Source: an uncultured Acidobacteriota bacterium (lineage in GTDB: Bacteria > Acidobacteriota > JAQAZP01). Taken from it: 64,000 bases of DNA. Both the position numbers and the translations under genes were made by a program. Below the pieces are notes generated by a model that saw only the letters and a program-made list of their open reading frames with translations, had not been told where the DNA came from and ran no database searches. Each line of letters begins with the position of its first letter. Positions within the stretch are counted from its first letter, which is position 1. This document shows positions 54,125 to 64,000 of the stretch, one piece after another. The stretch is taken from the NCBI GenBank assembly GCA_963836075.1, contig CAWIIB010000009.1, positions 1,280,001 through 1,344,000 of the forward strand, given 5' to 3'.

Positions 54125-55849
54125 CTATCTGGCCATCACCTCGAGCGGTTCACTCCGCTCGCTGCGGTTGGCCGGTTCAGCGCTGTCCAGTGCCTCCACC
54201 AGGTAGGTGTACCAGGTTTCGGGCAGTACCGTCGAGTCCTTGTAACGCGGTTCATCCAGCGGTTTGTCGTTCAACTGGACCAGTTCGCTCTGCGCGTTTC
54301 CGCTGGTGCCCTTGTGGCGGTAGAGGTTGTAGCCCAGCAGGTCCGGTTCGCCGTTGGGGGTCCAGAACAGGGTCACTTCCCCGGCGGCGGCCACGTAGGT
54401 GAAGTTCACCGGGGTGATCGGCGGGTAGACGTCCACCGTGGTCACGGTGACCGGGGGGCTGCCCTCGCTCTCCACCCGGCCGTCCTCGGTGACCATCACG
54501 GTGCGCACGGTGAAGCGGTAGGTTTCACCAAAGGTGAAGAGCCTGTTGGAGTAGGTCTTCTCGATCAGCGGCTGTCCGTGGCTGGGCAGCGTGGGTGTTC
54601 CCTCGTCCGATTCCAACTGGCGGAAGACATAGTACCCGGCGATGTATGGCGGCACCGGTCTTCGCGGCCCCACCGGCCAGGGCTCGGGCCACAGGGCGAT
54701 GAGCCGGACCGGCGACGCCGGACCGAACAGCGCCGGCGGCTGGACGATCCAGCCGGGCACCACCGCGTCTTCCGGCAGCCCTTCGATCTGGCCCTCCTCC
54801 TCGGCGCTCCCCTTTGACGGGGCAGTCTTCCCGCCCGCCGCCATTTTTTTCTTTGCCCCGGCAGCGGCGGCTTTCCCGTCGCCGGGGTCCGCCGGGATCC
54901 CCGGTTCCAGCTCATCGCCGTCGGGGCCCGTGGCCAACTCTTCTTTTTCCCGGGCGATCCGCACCCAGGGGTCCACCGGCGGCCCGTCCCAGGTCAGATC
55001 GATGGATCGTTCCGTGCTCTGCACCTGCAGGTTGTGGGGCGCCACCGGCGGCACCAGCGGAGTGACCAGCTGGAACTCGGAGAAGAGCCCCTCCCGGTCC
55101 ATGGTATCGGTCACACGCACCGCATAGTGGTAGCGGGTCAACTCCAGGGTCTCCTCGTCCAGCTGGGGCAGCGGGTCGGTGTGGTAGAGGCGGCGGGATG
55201 TACCCGACTCCTCGATTTGGCTGCCGGTGAGGGTGTGGATCAGTTCGGCCTTCCTTTCGAACTTGCGGGCCGAGATGAATGAGCCGGAGACATCGCGGAA
55301 CCCCGGGGTGATCCGTGGCTGCCGCTGCTGCTGCTGGTCGGCCCAGCCGTCCCGGTCGTCACCGCTGCGCCCCGAGCGGCTGGATCCCGTCCCGCCCAGG
55401 GTGCCGGTGTTCGACTGCCCGCCCCCGCCATACTTGCCGTCCGCCCCTTCGTCCGGGCCGCCCATGGCGCCGGTGCCGTACCCGGCGCCGTACAAGCCGG
55501 CGTCCTCCGGGTCGTCGGCCAGGAAGCTCTGGGTCACCTGGTCCAGCACGTCGAAATTGGTCGGGGTTTCCTCCTCGTCCTCCTCCCCTTCCTTTTTCGG
55601 CTTGAGCAGTTCGGTGTAGCGGAACAGTTCCACCCGGGTCACGCCCACCAGGTCGCTCTGGTCGGTGTTCTGCAGGGGCATCATCCAGGAGAGGGTGATG
55701 TTGTCCCCGTGCTGGGTGGAGATGAGGCCCGTACTGCCCTGGGGCTGGACCTTGATCGGCGGCTGGGGCGGCCCCTTGCGGCCGCAGGCCGGGGCGGCAA
55801 GCAGGGCGATGACCATCAGCAGCAACGGGATATGTCTGGTTCGGCTCAT
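54125..55849 (-). CDS. Lipoprotein with fibronectin type III-like domains
   Basis: Lipobox APAC-GRKGPPQPP, Fn3 signatures (IDLTWD, VTLFW, GYNLYR, WYTYLVEA), low-complexity inserts. Confidence 0.75.
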   Translation of the reverse strand: MSRTRHIPLLLMVIALLAAPACGRKGPPQPPIKVQPQGSTGLISTQHGDNITLSWMMPLQNTDQSDLVGVTRVELFRYTELLKPKKEGEEDEEETPTNFDVLDQVTQSFLADDPEDAGLYGAGYGTGAMGGPDEGADGKYGGGGQSNTGTLGGTGSSRSGRSGDDRDGWADQQQQRQPRITPGFRDVSGSFISARKFERKAELIHTLTGSQIEESGTSRRLYHTDPLPQLDEETLELTRYHYAVRVTDTMDREGLFSEFQLVTPLVPPVAPHNLQVQSTERSIDLTWDGPPVDPWVRIAREKEELATGPDGDELEPGIPADPGDGKAAAAGAKKKMAAGGKTAPSKGSAEEEGQIEGLPEDAVVPGWIVQPPALFGPASPVRLIALWPEPWPVGPRRPVPPYIAGYYVFRQLESDEGTPTLPSHGQPLIEKTYSNRLFTFGETYRFTVRTVMVTEDGRVESEGSPPVTVTTVDVYPPITPVNFTYVAAAGEVTLFWTPNGEPDLLGYNLYRHKGTSGNAQSELVQLNDKPLDEPRYKDSTVLPETWYTYLVEALDSAEPANRSERSEPLEVMAR

Positions 55850-55858
55850 GAGCTCCCG

Positions 55859-57256
55859 TCAGAGGATGTAACGGCTCAGGTCCTGGTCTTCGATGATATC
55901 GGCGAGCATCCGCCGGACGTAGTCGCGGTCGATCTGCACCTGCTTCTGCCGCAGGTCGGCTCCCTCGAAAGAGATCTCATCCAGCAGCTTTTCCATGATC
56001 GTGTGCAGCCGCCGGGCCCCGATGTTCTCGGTGGTCGAGTTGACCGTCGCGGCAAACTCGGCGATCTCGCGGATCGCCTCCGCGTGGAAGGTCAGTTCGA
56101 TGCCTTCGGTTTCCATCAGCGCTTCATACTGCTTGATCAATGCGTTTTGCGGCTCGGTGAGGATGCGCACGAACTCTTCCGCACCCAGGCTCTCCAGCTC
56201 CACGCGGATGGGGAAACGGCCCTGCAGTTCAGGGATCAGGTCCGCCGGCTTGGACATGTGGAATGCTCCGGCGGCGATGAACAGGATGTGGTCGGTGCGC
56301 ACCAGCCCGTACTTGGTCTGTACCGTGGTACCCTCGACGATGGGCAGGATGTCCCGCTGCACCCCCTCGCGGCTGACGTCGGGGCCGTGGGACGATTCCC
56401 GGCCGGCCACCTTGTCGATCTCGTCGAGGAAGATGATCCCCGATTGCTGCACCCGCTCCAGGGCCTGGCGGGTCACCTTGTCCATGTCCACCAGCTTTGA
56501 CTCCTCCTCTTCCAGCAGGTGCTGGCGGGCTTCGCCGATGGTCATCTTGCGCCGCTTCTTCTTGCCGCCGAACAGGCCGGGGAACATCTCCTTGACGTTG
56601 ATCCCCATGTTCTCCACACCCTGGTTGGTGAAGATCTGCATGTTGGGGACGCTCGATTCGGTGACATCCATCTCCACCGGCCGGTCCTCCAGTTTCCCCG
56701 CTTTCAGCTGATCCTTGAACTTCTCCCGGGTACTGGAGGAGACGCCGGTTTTCACCGCCCCCTCAGCCTGGTCGCCGGGCATGGGTGGCTGGGGCATGGA
56801 CGGCAGCAGCAGGTCCAGCAGGCGCTGCTCCACGTTTTTCTCCGCCCGGGAGTGCACGTGCCGTGTGGCCTCTTCCTTGACCATGTCCACCGCGATCTCG
56901 GTCAGGTCGCGGATCATCGACTCCACGTCGCGGCCCACGTAGCCCACTTCGGTGAACTTGGAGGCCTCCACCTTCATGAACGGTGAACGGGCCAGCCGGG
57001 CCAGCCGGCGGGCGATCTCGGTCTTGCCCACCCCGGTGGGGCCGATCATGATGATATTCTTCGGCGCCACCTCCTCGGCCATCTCCGGCGAGAGGCGCTG
57101 GCGGCGGATCCGGTTGCGCAGGGCGATGGCCACCGCCCGTTTGGCCTTGTGCTGCCCCACGATGTAACGGTCCAGCTCGGAGACGATCTCCCGCGGGACC
57201 AGCTGGTTTTCCCAGCGCTGATCTTCCTCGATGGTTCCCTTCAAGTGAATAACCAT
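55859..57256 (-). CDS. hslU: ATP-dependent protease ATPase subunit HslU
   Basis: [62 protein letters not shown]. Confidence 0.97.
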   Translation of the reverse strand: MVIHLKGTIEEDQRWENQLVPREIVSELDRYIVGQHKAKRAVAIALRNRIRRQRLSPEMAEEVAPKNIIMIGPTGVGKTEIARRLARLARSPFMKVEASKFTEVGYVGRDVESMIRDLTEIAVDMVKEEATRHVHSRAEKNVEQRLLDLLLPSMPQPPMPGDQAEGAVKTGVSSSTREKFKDQLKAGKLEDRPVEMDVTESSVPNMQIFTNQGVENMGINVKEMFPGLFGGKKKRRKMTIGEARQHLLEEEESKLVDMDKVTRQALERVQQSGIIFLDEIDKVAGRESSHGPDVSREGVQRDILPIVEGTTVQTKYGLVRTDHILFIAAGAFHMSKPADLIPELQGRFPIRVELESLGAEEFVRILTEPQNALIKQYEALMETEGIELTFHAEAIREIAEFAATVNSTTENIGARRLHTIMEKLLDEISFEGADLRQKQVQIDRDYVRRMLADIIEDQDLSRYIL

Positions 57257-57309
57257 GGTGCTTCCCCGGCGCCCGGCTTCACGCAGGCGCCGCTATGGTC
57301 GGGGCAGGG

Positions 57310-57870
57310 CTACTTCTCCGCCAGTGGCGGCAGTGTTTCCACCCGGATCGAGTCGTTGGTGTAGATGCAGATCGAGGCGGCGATACGGATCGCTTCCTCG
57401 GCGATGGCCTCTGCCGTGAGGTCGGTGTGCCGGATCATGGCCCGGGCCGCGGCCAGGGCGTAGGCGCCGCCGGAACCGATGCCGGCCAGGCCGTCGTCCG
57501 GCTCCAGCACCTCGCCGCCGCCGGAGAGGAGATAGGTGATCTCCTTGTCCGCCACCAGCATCAGCGCGTCGAGCTTGCGCAGCACGCGGTCGGTCCGCCA
57601 GTCGCGGCCCAGCTCATACGCCGCCCGCCGGAGGTTCCCCTGGTGGGCCTCCAGCTTCCCCTCCAGACGGGAGAAGAGGGCGAAGGCGTCGGCGGCAGAC
57701 CCGGCGAATCCGGCCAGAATCGAGTCCTTGTGCAGGCGTCGGATCTTGGCCGCACCCTGCTTCATCACCGTGTTGCCCAGGGTCACCTGGCCGTCGCCGG
57801 CCAGGGCTACCCGCCCGTCCCGCCGCACGGCGATGATGGTGGTGGCTCTCATAGTATTGTCTACGCTCAT
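57310..57870 (-). CDS. hslV: ATP-dependent protease subunit HslV
   Basis: [40 protein letters not shown]. Confidence 0.97.
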   Translation of the reverse strand: MSVDNTMRATTIIAVRRDGRVALAGDGQVTLGNTVMKQGAAKIRRLHKDSILAGFAGSAADAFALFSRLEGKLEAHQGNLRRAAYELGRDWRTDRVLRKLDALMLVADKEITYLLSGGGEVLEPDDGLAGIGSGGAYALAAARAMIRHTDLTAEAIAEEAIRIAASICIYTNDSIRVETLPPLAEK

Positions 57871-57957
57871 TATCTCTCCCGTGTTGAGGATTCTAGCATG
57901 GAAAACGTTTCATAACACCGCCCCCCGGGAGTGTCAACTTGGCACAGGGACGCACAG

Positions 57958-58044
57958 GGGACGTACATGAATTTATGAATATTTGAGAACCGGCCTGGAA
58001 AAGTAGAGACGATTTTCAAATATTCATAAATTCATGTACGTCCC
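57958..58044. repeat. Perfect 29-bp inverted repeat element (GGGACGTACATGAATTTATGA family), copy 2
   Basis: Arms 57958-57986 and 58016-58044 are exact reverse complements around a 29-nt spacer. Confidence 0.9.
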
Positions 58045-58058
58045 TGGCTACGTCCCCA

Positions 58059-58964
58059 TCACGCACGGGGATGCGCTTTGTCATACACTTCCTTGATCTG
58101 GGTGATGCTGGTGTGGATGTACTTCTGGGTGGTGGAGAGGCTGACGTGGCCCAGCAGCTCCTGGATCACCCGCAGGTCGGCCCCGCGGGACAGCAGGTGG
58201 GAGGCGAAGGAGTGGCGGATGGCGTGGGGGCTCAGGTTGTGGTTCAGGGCCAGCTGGTCCACGTATTTTTTGATCAGCCGCCGGATGCTGCGGTCGGTGA
58301 GCCGGCCGCCGCGGTTGTTGAGGAACATCTCTCGCTTGCCGGCGGCTGCCGGCTTGCCCTCGCGTGCGTCGAGGTAGGTGGTCACCGCCTGTGCCGCCGG
58401 CTGGCCCAGTGGTACGATCCGCTCCTTGCTCCCCTTGCCCAGCACCCGTACCAGCCGCGCCTTGAAGTCGAGGTCCTCCACGTCCAGGGCCACCAGTTCG
58501 CCCACCCGGATCCCGGTGGCGTAGAGCAGTTCCAGGATCGCCCGGTCGCGCAGCCCGCTGAGCCTGGCGGGATCGGGCGCCTGCAGGAACTCGCCGATCT
58601 CCGGTTCGGTGAGGTGGGGCATCAGCTTGCGCCGTTTGCGCCGCTGGCTCACCACCCGCGCCGGGTCGCGCTCGATCACCTCCTGGCGGCGGAGAAAACG
58701 GAAGAAGCTGCGCAGGGCGGAGAGCTTGCGCGAGATGGTGCTGCCCGCGCTGCCCCGCATGTTGAGGTGGCCCAGCCAGGCGATTACCGCCGGGGTGTCC
58801 ACCGCGGCGGGGTCCACTGTCTGGTTCTCGCCGGCGGCGTAATAGTCCACCTCGAGGAAAGTGATGAAGTCCTCGAGGTCTGAACGGTAGTTCTTGATGG
58901 TGTGGGGGGAGGCATTGCGGCCGAACTTCAGGTGCTGGATGTAGGTTTCCAGGTGGTCGCGCAC
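58059..58964 (-). CDS. xerC: Tyrosine recombinase XerC
   Basis: RKLSALRSFF, LYATGIRVGEL, GKGSKER, SPHAIRHSFASHLL, LGHVSLSTTQKY. Upstream of hslVU. Confidence 0.88.
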   Translation of the reverse strand: MRDHLETYIQHLKFGRNASPHTIKNYRSDLEDFITFLEVDYYAAGENQTVDPAAVDTPAVIAWLGHLNMRGSAGSTISRKLSALRSFFRFLRRQEVIERDPARVVSQRRKRRKLMPHLTEPEIGEFLQAPDPARLSGLRDRAILELLYATGIRVGELVALDVEDLDFKARLVRVLGKGSKERIVPLGQPAAQAVTTYLDAREGKPAAAGKREMFLNNRGGRLTDRSIRRLIKKYVDQLALNHNLSPHAIRHSFASHLLSRGADLRVIQELLGHVSLSTTQKYIHTSITQIKEVYDKAHPRA

Positions 58965-59058
58965 AGTGCTCCTCCGTCCCCTGTCTGTTCCGCTTGACGG
59001 TGAATGTTTGTTCTTCCTTCATAGTAGCCGCCGGGCCTACGCGGCGCAAGCTGGGAAC

Positions 59059-60192
59059 TCACCAGGTTTTGAGACATTTGCCGCCGGGCAGCATCCGCAC
59101 CAGCCCCTCCAGTTCCAGGCAGAGCAGGTGGCGGTGCAGTTCCGGGGGCGGCAGGCCCAGCGAACGGGAGAGCTCGTCAAGACCTCGGGGCTGGTCCACC
59201 TGGAGGGCGTCCAGGACTTTGCCCTCCGCTCCCGAGCGCCGGGCGGCGGCCACCAACGTTGTTCCACCCCCACTCTCCGGCTCTCCGGCCCTGGCCGCCA
59301 TGCGGAGACGAACTTCAGGCGGCAGTTCCTCCACTGCGTCCAGTCCCCGCTGGACCAGCTTTGCCCCGCCGGCCAGCAGCAGGTTGGCCCCGACGCTGGC
59401 CGCGGAGGTGATGTTACCCGGCACGGCAAAGATCTCCCGTCCCTGCTCCAGACCCATCCGGGCGGTGATCAGCGACCCGCTCAGCCGGTCCGCCTCCACC
59501 ACCAGCACACCCCAGGAGAGGCCGCTGATGATCCGGTTGCGCCGGGGGAAATGGTGGGGCAGCGGGCTGGTCCCCGGGGGCAGCTCGGTGACCAGCGCTC
59601 CGCCGGAATTGCAGATGTCCCGGGCCAGCCGCCGGTGTTCGGACGGGTAGAGCCGGTCCAGGCCGCTGCCCAGCACGCCCACCGTCACCCCGTCCCCGGC
59701 CAGGGCTCCGCGGTGGGCTGCGGCATCGATCCCCCGGGCCAGGCCGCTGAACACGGCGGCCCCCAGGGAAGCCAGCTCGCGGCCCAGCATTTCGGCCGCC
59801 GCCCGGCCGTACGGGGTGGCCTTGCGCGAACCCACCACGGCGATCCCGTCCGCCGCCAGGGCTCCGGTGTTCCCCTCCACCCAGAGGGCCAGCGGCGGGT
59901 CGTGGATCTGGCCCAGCAGGTGGTCCGGGTAGTCGGGGTGGGCGGGGGTGACGATCTGCCAGCCGCTGGTCCGGGCCAGCTGTTCAGCGCCGGCCGCCTG
60001 CCGGGGAATACCGGGGTGGAGGATCGCCCGGGCGTTTTTCGAACTGATGCCTTCGATGCCGCACAGTTCATCGACGGTGGACGAGAAAATCCGTTCGGGT
60101 TCGAAGTGGTGGTGTTCCAGCAGGCCCCGGGCCTGCCGCGGGGTGAGCGATGGGACCAGCCCAAGGGCGAGAAAGGCACAGTTTCGCTGCAT
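59059..60192 (-). CDS. dprA: DNA-processing protein DprA
   Basis: AVVGSRKAT, SGLARGID..AH, FPRRNRIISGLS, SGSLITA, VPGNI, C-terminal wHTH. Confidence 0.96.
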   Translation of the reverse strand: MQRNCAFLALGLVPSLTPRQARGLLEHHHFEPERIFSSTVDELCGIEGISSKNARAILHPGIPRQAAGAEQLARTSGWQIVTPAHPDYPDHLLGQIHDPPLALWVEGNTGALAADGIAVVGSRKATPYGRAAAEMLGRELASLGAAVFSGLARGIDAAAHRGALAGDGVTVGVLGSGLDRLYPSEHRRLARDICNSGGALVTELPPGTSPLPHHFPRRNRIISGLSWGVLVVEADRLSGSLITARMGLEQGREIFAVPGNITSAASVGANLLLAGGAKLVQRGLDAVEELPPEVRLRMAARAGEPESGGGTTLVAAARRSGAEGKVLDALQVDQPRGLDELSRSLGLPPPELHRHLLCLELEGLVRMLPGGKCLKTW

Positions 60193-60409
60193 CGGTAGAT
60201 CTCCTCAACCAGCGCCGCGCCCTCGTTCGGCTTCCCGGAAAAGGAGCCTCGATTATCGGCAAACGGGGGTGGGGAAGTCAATGGGGACAAAAAAACTGTC
60301 CCCTTGATGGGACGGGCCGGGGGAAAGTATGGTTTAATCTTAAGGTGACAGCCGGCGGGCATCTTCCTCACCGCCGGCGAGGGGTTCTAACTCAGTTCGG
60401 AGGATCCTG

Positions 60410-61024
60410 ATGATCCGTCTCGTGACCAGAGCAGCAACCGTCGTCCTGCTCACCCTCCTGTTTCTACACCCAGCCGCAGCCCGTGCCGGTGACAAGGAAG
60501 GCCCCTCCTCGAAGGAAGTCAAGCAGATGATCAAGTTCGGCGTCTCCCTCGGCAAGCAGGGCCTGTGGAAGGAAGCCCTGTACCGCTGGCGGGAGGCGCT
60601 GCGCCACGACCCCGACAATCCGGTGCTGTATAACAATATCGCCGTGGCCCTGGAAAGCCAGGGTGATCTGGAGGGGGCGCGGGAGTCGTACCGGCGGGCT
60701 GAGGAGCTGGCCGGGAGGGCCAAGTATCTCAAGCGGAACATCGAAAATTTCGAAGAGCTGTTCACCGCGCTGGAGCAGTACGAGGCCGAGTATCGCAAGC
60801 CACCGGCAGGTGCGCCGGAGGAAGAGGCCGCTGCCGCCGCCAGCGACGGGGACGCCGGGAGCGGCGAGACGCCGGCTGACGGTCCGGCGGGCGACGAAGC
60901 CGGCACCGGCACTGAAGCCGAACCGGTTGAACCGCCGGCCACGGAGTCTGCCCCGGCTGCCGACGAACCAGAGCCGGAGAGCGAAACGCCGGCCGATGAC
61001 CAACCAGTGGAAGAAGTGGAATGA
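60410..61024 (+). CDS. Secreted TPR protein with acidic tail
   Basis: Signal peptide, GLWKEALYRW...YNNIAVALE..G...AR..Y TPR pattern, acidic Pro/Ala-rich C-terminus. Confidence 0.8.
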   Translation: MIRLVTRAATVVLLTLLFLHPAAARAGDKEGPSSKEVKQMIKFGVSLGKQGLWKEALYRWREALRHDPDNPVLYNNIAVALESQGDLEGARESYRRAEELAGRAKYLKRNIENFEELFTALEQYEAEYRKPPAGAPEEEAAAAASDGDAGSGETPADGPAGDEAGTGTEAEPVEPPATESAPAADEPEPESETPADDQPVEEVE

Positions 61025-61761
61025 GCCACCTGAACAGAGATACCGAACCGGCCCGGGGGCGCCTCACCGGGGTCGCCTGCCTGCTGCCGCTGATCTGCTT
61101 CGGCCTGCTCCTGCCGGCGTGCCTGCCCGCATGGGCCGGAACGACGCAAGTGACCATCGAGGTTCCGGTGAAGCCGAAGATCGACATCAGTGATTACAAC
61201 TCGCTGATGGTGGCCAACTTCATCTGCGACCGCAATACGCGGATGGATCTGGACGTGGAAGTCGTCCGTTACCTGCGAAAGATGCTGCTGCGCACCCTGA
61301 AACTGGAAGTGGCCAAGGGCGAAGCGCCCACCCTGCCCACCGGCCGCGGCGGCAAGCCGATTTTCGAGGTGCCCGACTACTGGACGGACCTTGGCGGCCG
61401 TTTCGACAGCGACCTGATCCTCTCCGGGACCGTCGCCTTCAGCACCGAAGATCGTTCGGGATACGAGCAGATCGACCTCAGGCAGGGCGGCTACCGCCGG
61501 GATATGGGCTACTCGCCCTACAACACCAGGACCATATTCATCGAGCAAACCGGGTTCTTCCTCAATCTCGAGGTTCACCTGCTCAACGGCCGGACCGGCG
61601 AGGAACTCTACACCGACAAGTTTTACCAGGAGATTATTTACAACGGCAACGGACCGGACGACCTCTCGGTATTCTTTATGATGATGGACAAGCTGGCGCC
61701 GCAGATCACCGGTATCTTGGCCGAACGGAAGACACGCGTCACCCGCTACCTGCTGGACTGA
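61021..61761 (+). CDS. Hypothetical exported protein (possibly CsgG/TolB-N-like alpha/beta fold)
   Basis: Signal peptide, DLILSGTV, LLNGRTGEEL. ATGA overlap with the TPR gene. Confidence 0.65.
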   Translation: MSHLNRDTEPARGRLTGVACLLPLICFGLLLPACLPAWAGTTQVTIEVPVKPKIDISDYNSLMVANFICDRNTRMDLDVEVVRYLRKMLLRTLKLEVAKGEAPTLPTGRGGKPIFEVPDYWTDLGGRFDSDLILSGTVAFSTEDRSGYEQIDLRQGGYRRDMGYSPYNTRTIFIEQTGFFLNLEVHLLNGRTGEELYTDKFYQEIIYNGNGPDDLSVFFMMMDKLAPQITGILAERKTRVTRYLLD

Positions 61762-61837
61762 CCGTCCGGGTGCACTGCGGCGTCACACGATAATACTGAT
61801 CGGACCTCCACTCGATGCGCAAGGAGCACAGAGACTG

Positions 61838-64000
61838 ATGACCAGACCCACCGGAACCGCAGTGCGGCGCCCGGGACGGCCCGGCACGCTGACCATCGTC
61901 CTCCTGCTGGCGGCACTGGCCGCCCTCGTCAGCTCGCCGGCTCTCGGCCAGTACCGCAACATCGGCGGCAAGAACAAGATCACCCATGATACATTCGACT
62001 GGAAGGTTTACGAGTCACCGCACTTCAATATCTACTACTACCCCGAGGTGGAGCCCTTCCTGGAGAAGCTGGTCAGCTACTCCGAGAGCGCCTACCTCAA
62101 GGTCAGCACCACCCTCGACTACCAGCTGGGGTTCAAAGTGCCGGTCTTCTTCTACAAGACCCACGGCGAGTTCGAACAGACCAATATCACCATGTCGATG
62201 CTCCCCGAGGGGGTGGGCGCCTTTGCCACGCCGTCGAAGAACCGCATCGTCATCCCCATTGACGACCCGCCGGACCAGATGCAGACCACCCTGACCCACG
62301 AACTCGTTCACATCTTCCAGTATGACCTGTTCTACCAGTCGGACCTGAGCAAGGCCTACCGCAGCGCGCCGCCACTCTGGATCATGGAAGGCATGGCGGA
62401 GTTCGTGGGGCAGACCGGCTGGAGCACCCGTAACGAGGCGGTGATCCGGGACGCGGTGCTCAACGACATGGTCCCGCCGATCCTCCAGCTCAACGCCCAG
62501 TCCTTCCTGACCTACCGCTTCGGCCAGGCGGCTTTCGATTACATGTATGAGCAGTGGGGCCTGGAAGGGGTGCGGGATTTCATCCAGGCCTTCCGCCGCC
62601 ACCTCACCACCCGCAATCTGGGCAAGGTGGTGGAAGAAGCATTCGGGGTGACGGCCGAAGAGTTCGACACCGGCTTTCGCCGCTACCTCCGCGGCAAGTA
62701 TATTCGCGGGTCGATCGAGAAGGATGAGCCCGCCGACTACGGCAAGGAGATCGGGCTCAAGGGCCCCTACGTCCACACCTTCTCCCCGGCTTTTTCCCCC
62801 TCGGGTGAACTGGTGGCCGTGCTGACCAACATGGAGGGCGAGGTCGACCTGGTGCTGATCTCCGCCGAGGACGGCGAAGTGGTGAAGAACCTGACCAAGG
62901 GTTACACCACCGCCTACGAATATATCGTCATCGAGTCCTTCTCGGGCAAGAACGATGTGGACTGGGCCCCGGACGGCAACACCATCGCCCTCTTTGTCCG
63001 CCGGGAACGGGGCCGCGACCTGATGCTGGTCAATGCCATCACCGGCCGCAAAATGGCCCAGGTCACCCTGCCCAACCTGTACGAGAACGCCTCCCCCGCC
63101 TTCTCGCCGGACAGCAAGCGGATTCTCTTTGCGGCCAACCAGGACGGGGTGGTGGACATCTTCGAGTTCGAGATCGACACCGAGAACATTCGCAACATCA
63201 CCCAGGATGCTTTCTGGGACACCAACCCCACCTACTCGCCCGACGGCAACTACTGCGTCTACAACCGGCGGATCAACGGCCACGAGAAGTTGATCAAGGT
63301 GTCGCTCACCGACCCCGAAGAGAAGACCCAGTTGACCTTTGGCGAGCACGACGACATCCAGGCTGCCTACGCTCCCGACGGCAAGCGGATCTACTTCACA
63401 TCGGACGAGTCGGGGATCTTCAACTTCTCGATTCTCGACCTGGAGACGCTGGAGGTCAGTGTCTACACCGACGTGGTCAGCGGGATCAGCAACCCGATCC
63501 CCCTGGCCTCCACCACCGATGCCGAGCGGGTGGGCTTCACGACCTTTTTCAAAGGCAAGTTCCGGCTCTACGAGATGGAGCTGGACGAGCCGATGCGGAC
63601 CATCGAGCCGCCCGCAGGGGATGAGGTCCCCGACCTGGACGAGCAGGAGGACTTCAAGCCGGACCTCGAACTGACCATCGACGACGAGGACAAGCAGGAG
63701 TATCAGAAGTACAAGTTCTTCGTCGAAAGCGCCGAAGCCATTGCCGGGCTCAGCGACCTCGGCGATTTCATCACCTCCTCCTACATCAGCCTCAGCGACA
63801 TGTCCGGCGACCAGCGCATCCAGGTGATACTCCAGTCGCTGTACACCTACACCAACATCGAGGCCACCTATTTCAACACCCGCAAGCGCTACGACTGGGG
63901 GGTCCACCTCTTCGACCTGCGGGATTACTTCGTCTACTACGATCCCACCGAGCCCAGCGGGCTGGGCCGTGACCAGACCTATCGACGCACCGGGGGGACC
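61838..64000 (+). CDS. Secreted peptidase-MA-like + PD40/TolB-propeller protein (probable Omp85-type C-terminus), partial
   Basis: Not in the ORF track, most likely because it reaches the window end without a stop. Hand translation gives a signal peptide, GKNKI...DW...SPHFNIYYY, THELVH...WIMEG and repeated (F/W/Y)(S/A)PDG motifs. AAGGAG RBS upstream. Confidence 0.85.
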   Translation, partial: MTRPTGTAVRRPGRPGTLTIVLLLAALAALVSSPALGQYRNIGGKNKITHDTFDWKVYESPHFNIYYYPEVEPFLEKLVSYSESAYLKVSTTLDYQLGFKVPVFFYKTHGEFEQTNITMSMLPEGVGAFATPSKNRIVIPIDDPPDQMQTTLTHELVHIFQYDLFYQSDLSKAYRSAPPLWIMEGMAEFVGQTGWSTRNEAVIRDAVLNDMVPPILQLNAQSFLTYRFGQAAFDYMYEQWGLEGVRDFIQAFRRHLTTRNLGKVVEEAFGVTAEEFDTGFRRYLRGKYIRGSIEKDEPADYGKEIGLKGPYVHTFSPAFSPSGELVAVLTNMEGEVDLVLISAEDGEVVKNLTKGYTTAYEYIVIESFSGKNDVDWAPDGNTIALFVRRERGRDLMLVNAITGRKMAQVTLPNLYENASPAFSPDSKRILFAANQDGVVDIFEFEIDTENIRNITQDAFWDTNPTYSPDGNYCVYNRRINGHEKLIKVSLTDPEEKTQLTFGEHDDIQAAYAPDGKRIYFTSDESGIFNFSILDLETLEVSVYTDVVSGISNPIPLASTTDAERVGFTTFFKGKFRLYEMELDEPMRTIEPPAGDEVPDLDEQEDFKPDLELTIDDEDKQEYQKYKFFVESAEAIAGLSDLGDFITSSYISLSDMSGDQRIQVILQSLYTYTNIEATYFNTRKRYDWGVHLFDLRDYFVYYDPTEPSGLGRDQTYRRTGGT

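Noticed and set aside
57958-58044. Possible dif site next to xerC
   Set aside because: It lacks the 11-6-11 dif layout and the XerD arm TTATGTTAAAT, and a sister copy occurs at 23864, away from xerC.
60283-60303. GGGGACA-N7-TGTCCCC hairpin
   Set aside because: A single short copy in a divergent promoter region, too little to call a repeat family or operator.
62015-63907. 630-aa minus-strand ORF
   Set aside because: Antisense shadow of the plus-strand gene starting at 61838, which carries the recognisable motifs.

Overview
GC-rich bacterial chromosomal window; gene content is compatible with an Acidobacteriota-like diderm, but that is inference. From left to right it holds: a C-terminally truncated integron-type integrase; recD2; an amino-acid dehydrogenase; a propeller sensor kinase with two paralogous LuxR regulators; secreted repeat proteins; tag; an IS110 element; a four-gene operon (isochorismatase, TrxB-like flavoprotein, RlmN-like radical SAM, adenosine deaminase); pnp; a hybrid kinase; a DEAD-box helicase; a metalloprotease locus; a 14-kb transporter operon; dapF-lipoprotein-hslUV-xerC-dprA; and a partial peptidase/PD40 gene running off the end. 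Five observations stand out. (1) A ~115-aa C-terminal domain ending in DVTPAPYNQPPYPPAG is shared by three unrelated secreted proteins, with a fourth orphan remnant, and is a candidate new protein-sorting or anchoring signal. (2) A hybrid RND-ABC export operon has an AcrB-like subunit fused to an ABC ATPase whose NBD is split by a membrane insert, next to a permease fused to a catalytically dead M1-peptidase-like domain. (3) The IS110 sits in a palindromic repeat whose empty site can be reconstructed, and its left end carries bridge-RNA-like guide matches. (4) The RlmN-like enzyme lacks the resolving cysteine. (5) Several families of intergenic palindromes occur. No rRNA, tRNA or CRISPR array was recognised. 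All family assignments come from motif recognition by eye, not database searches.
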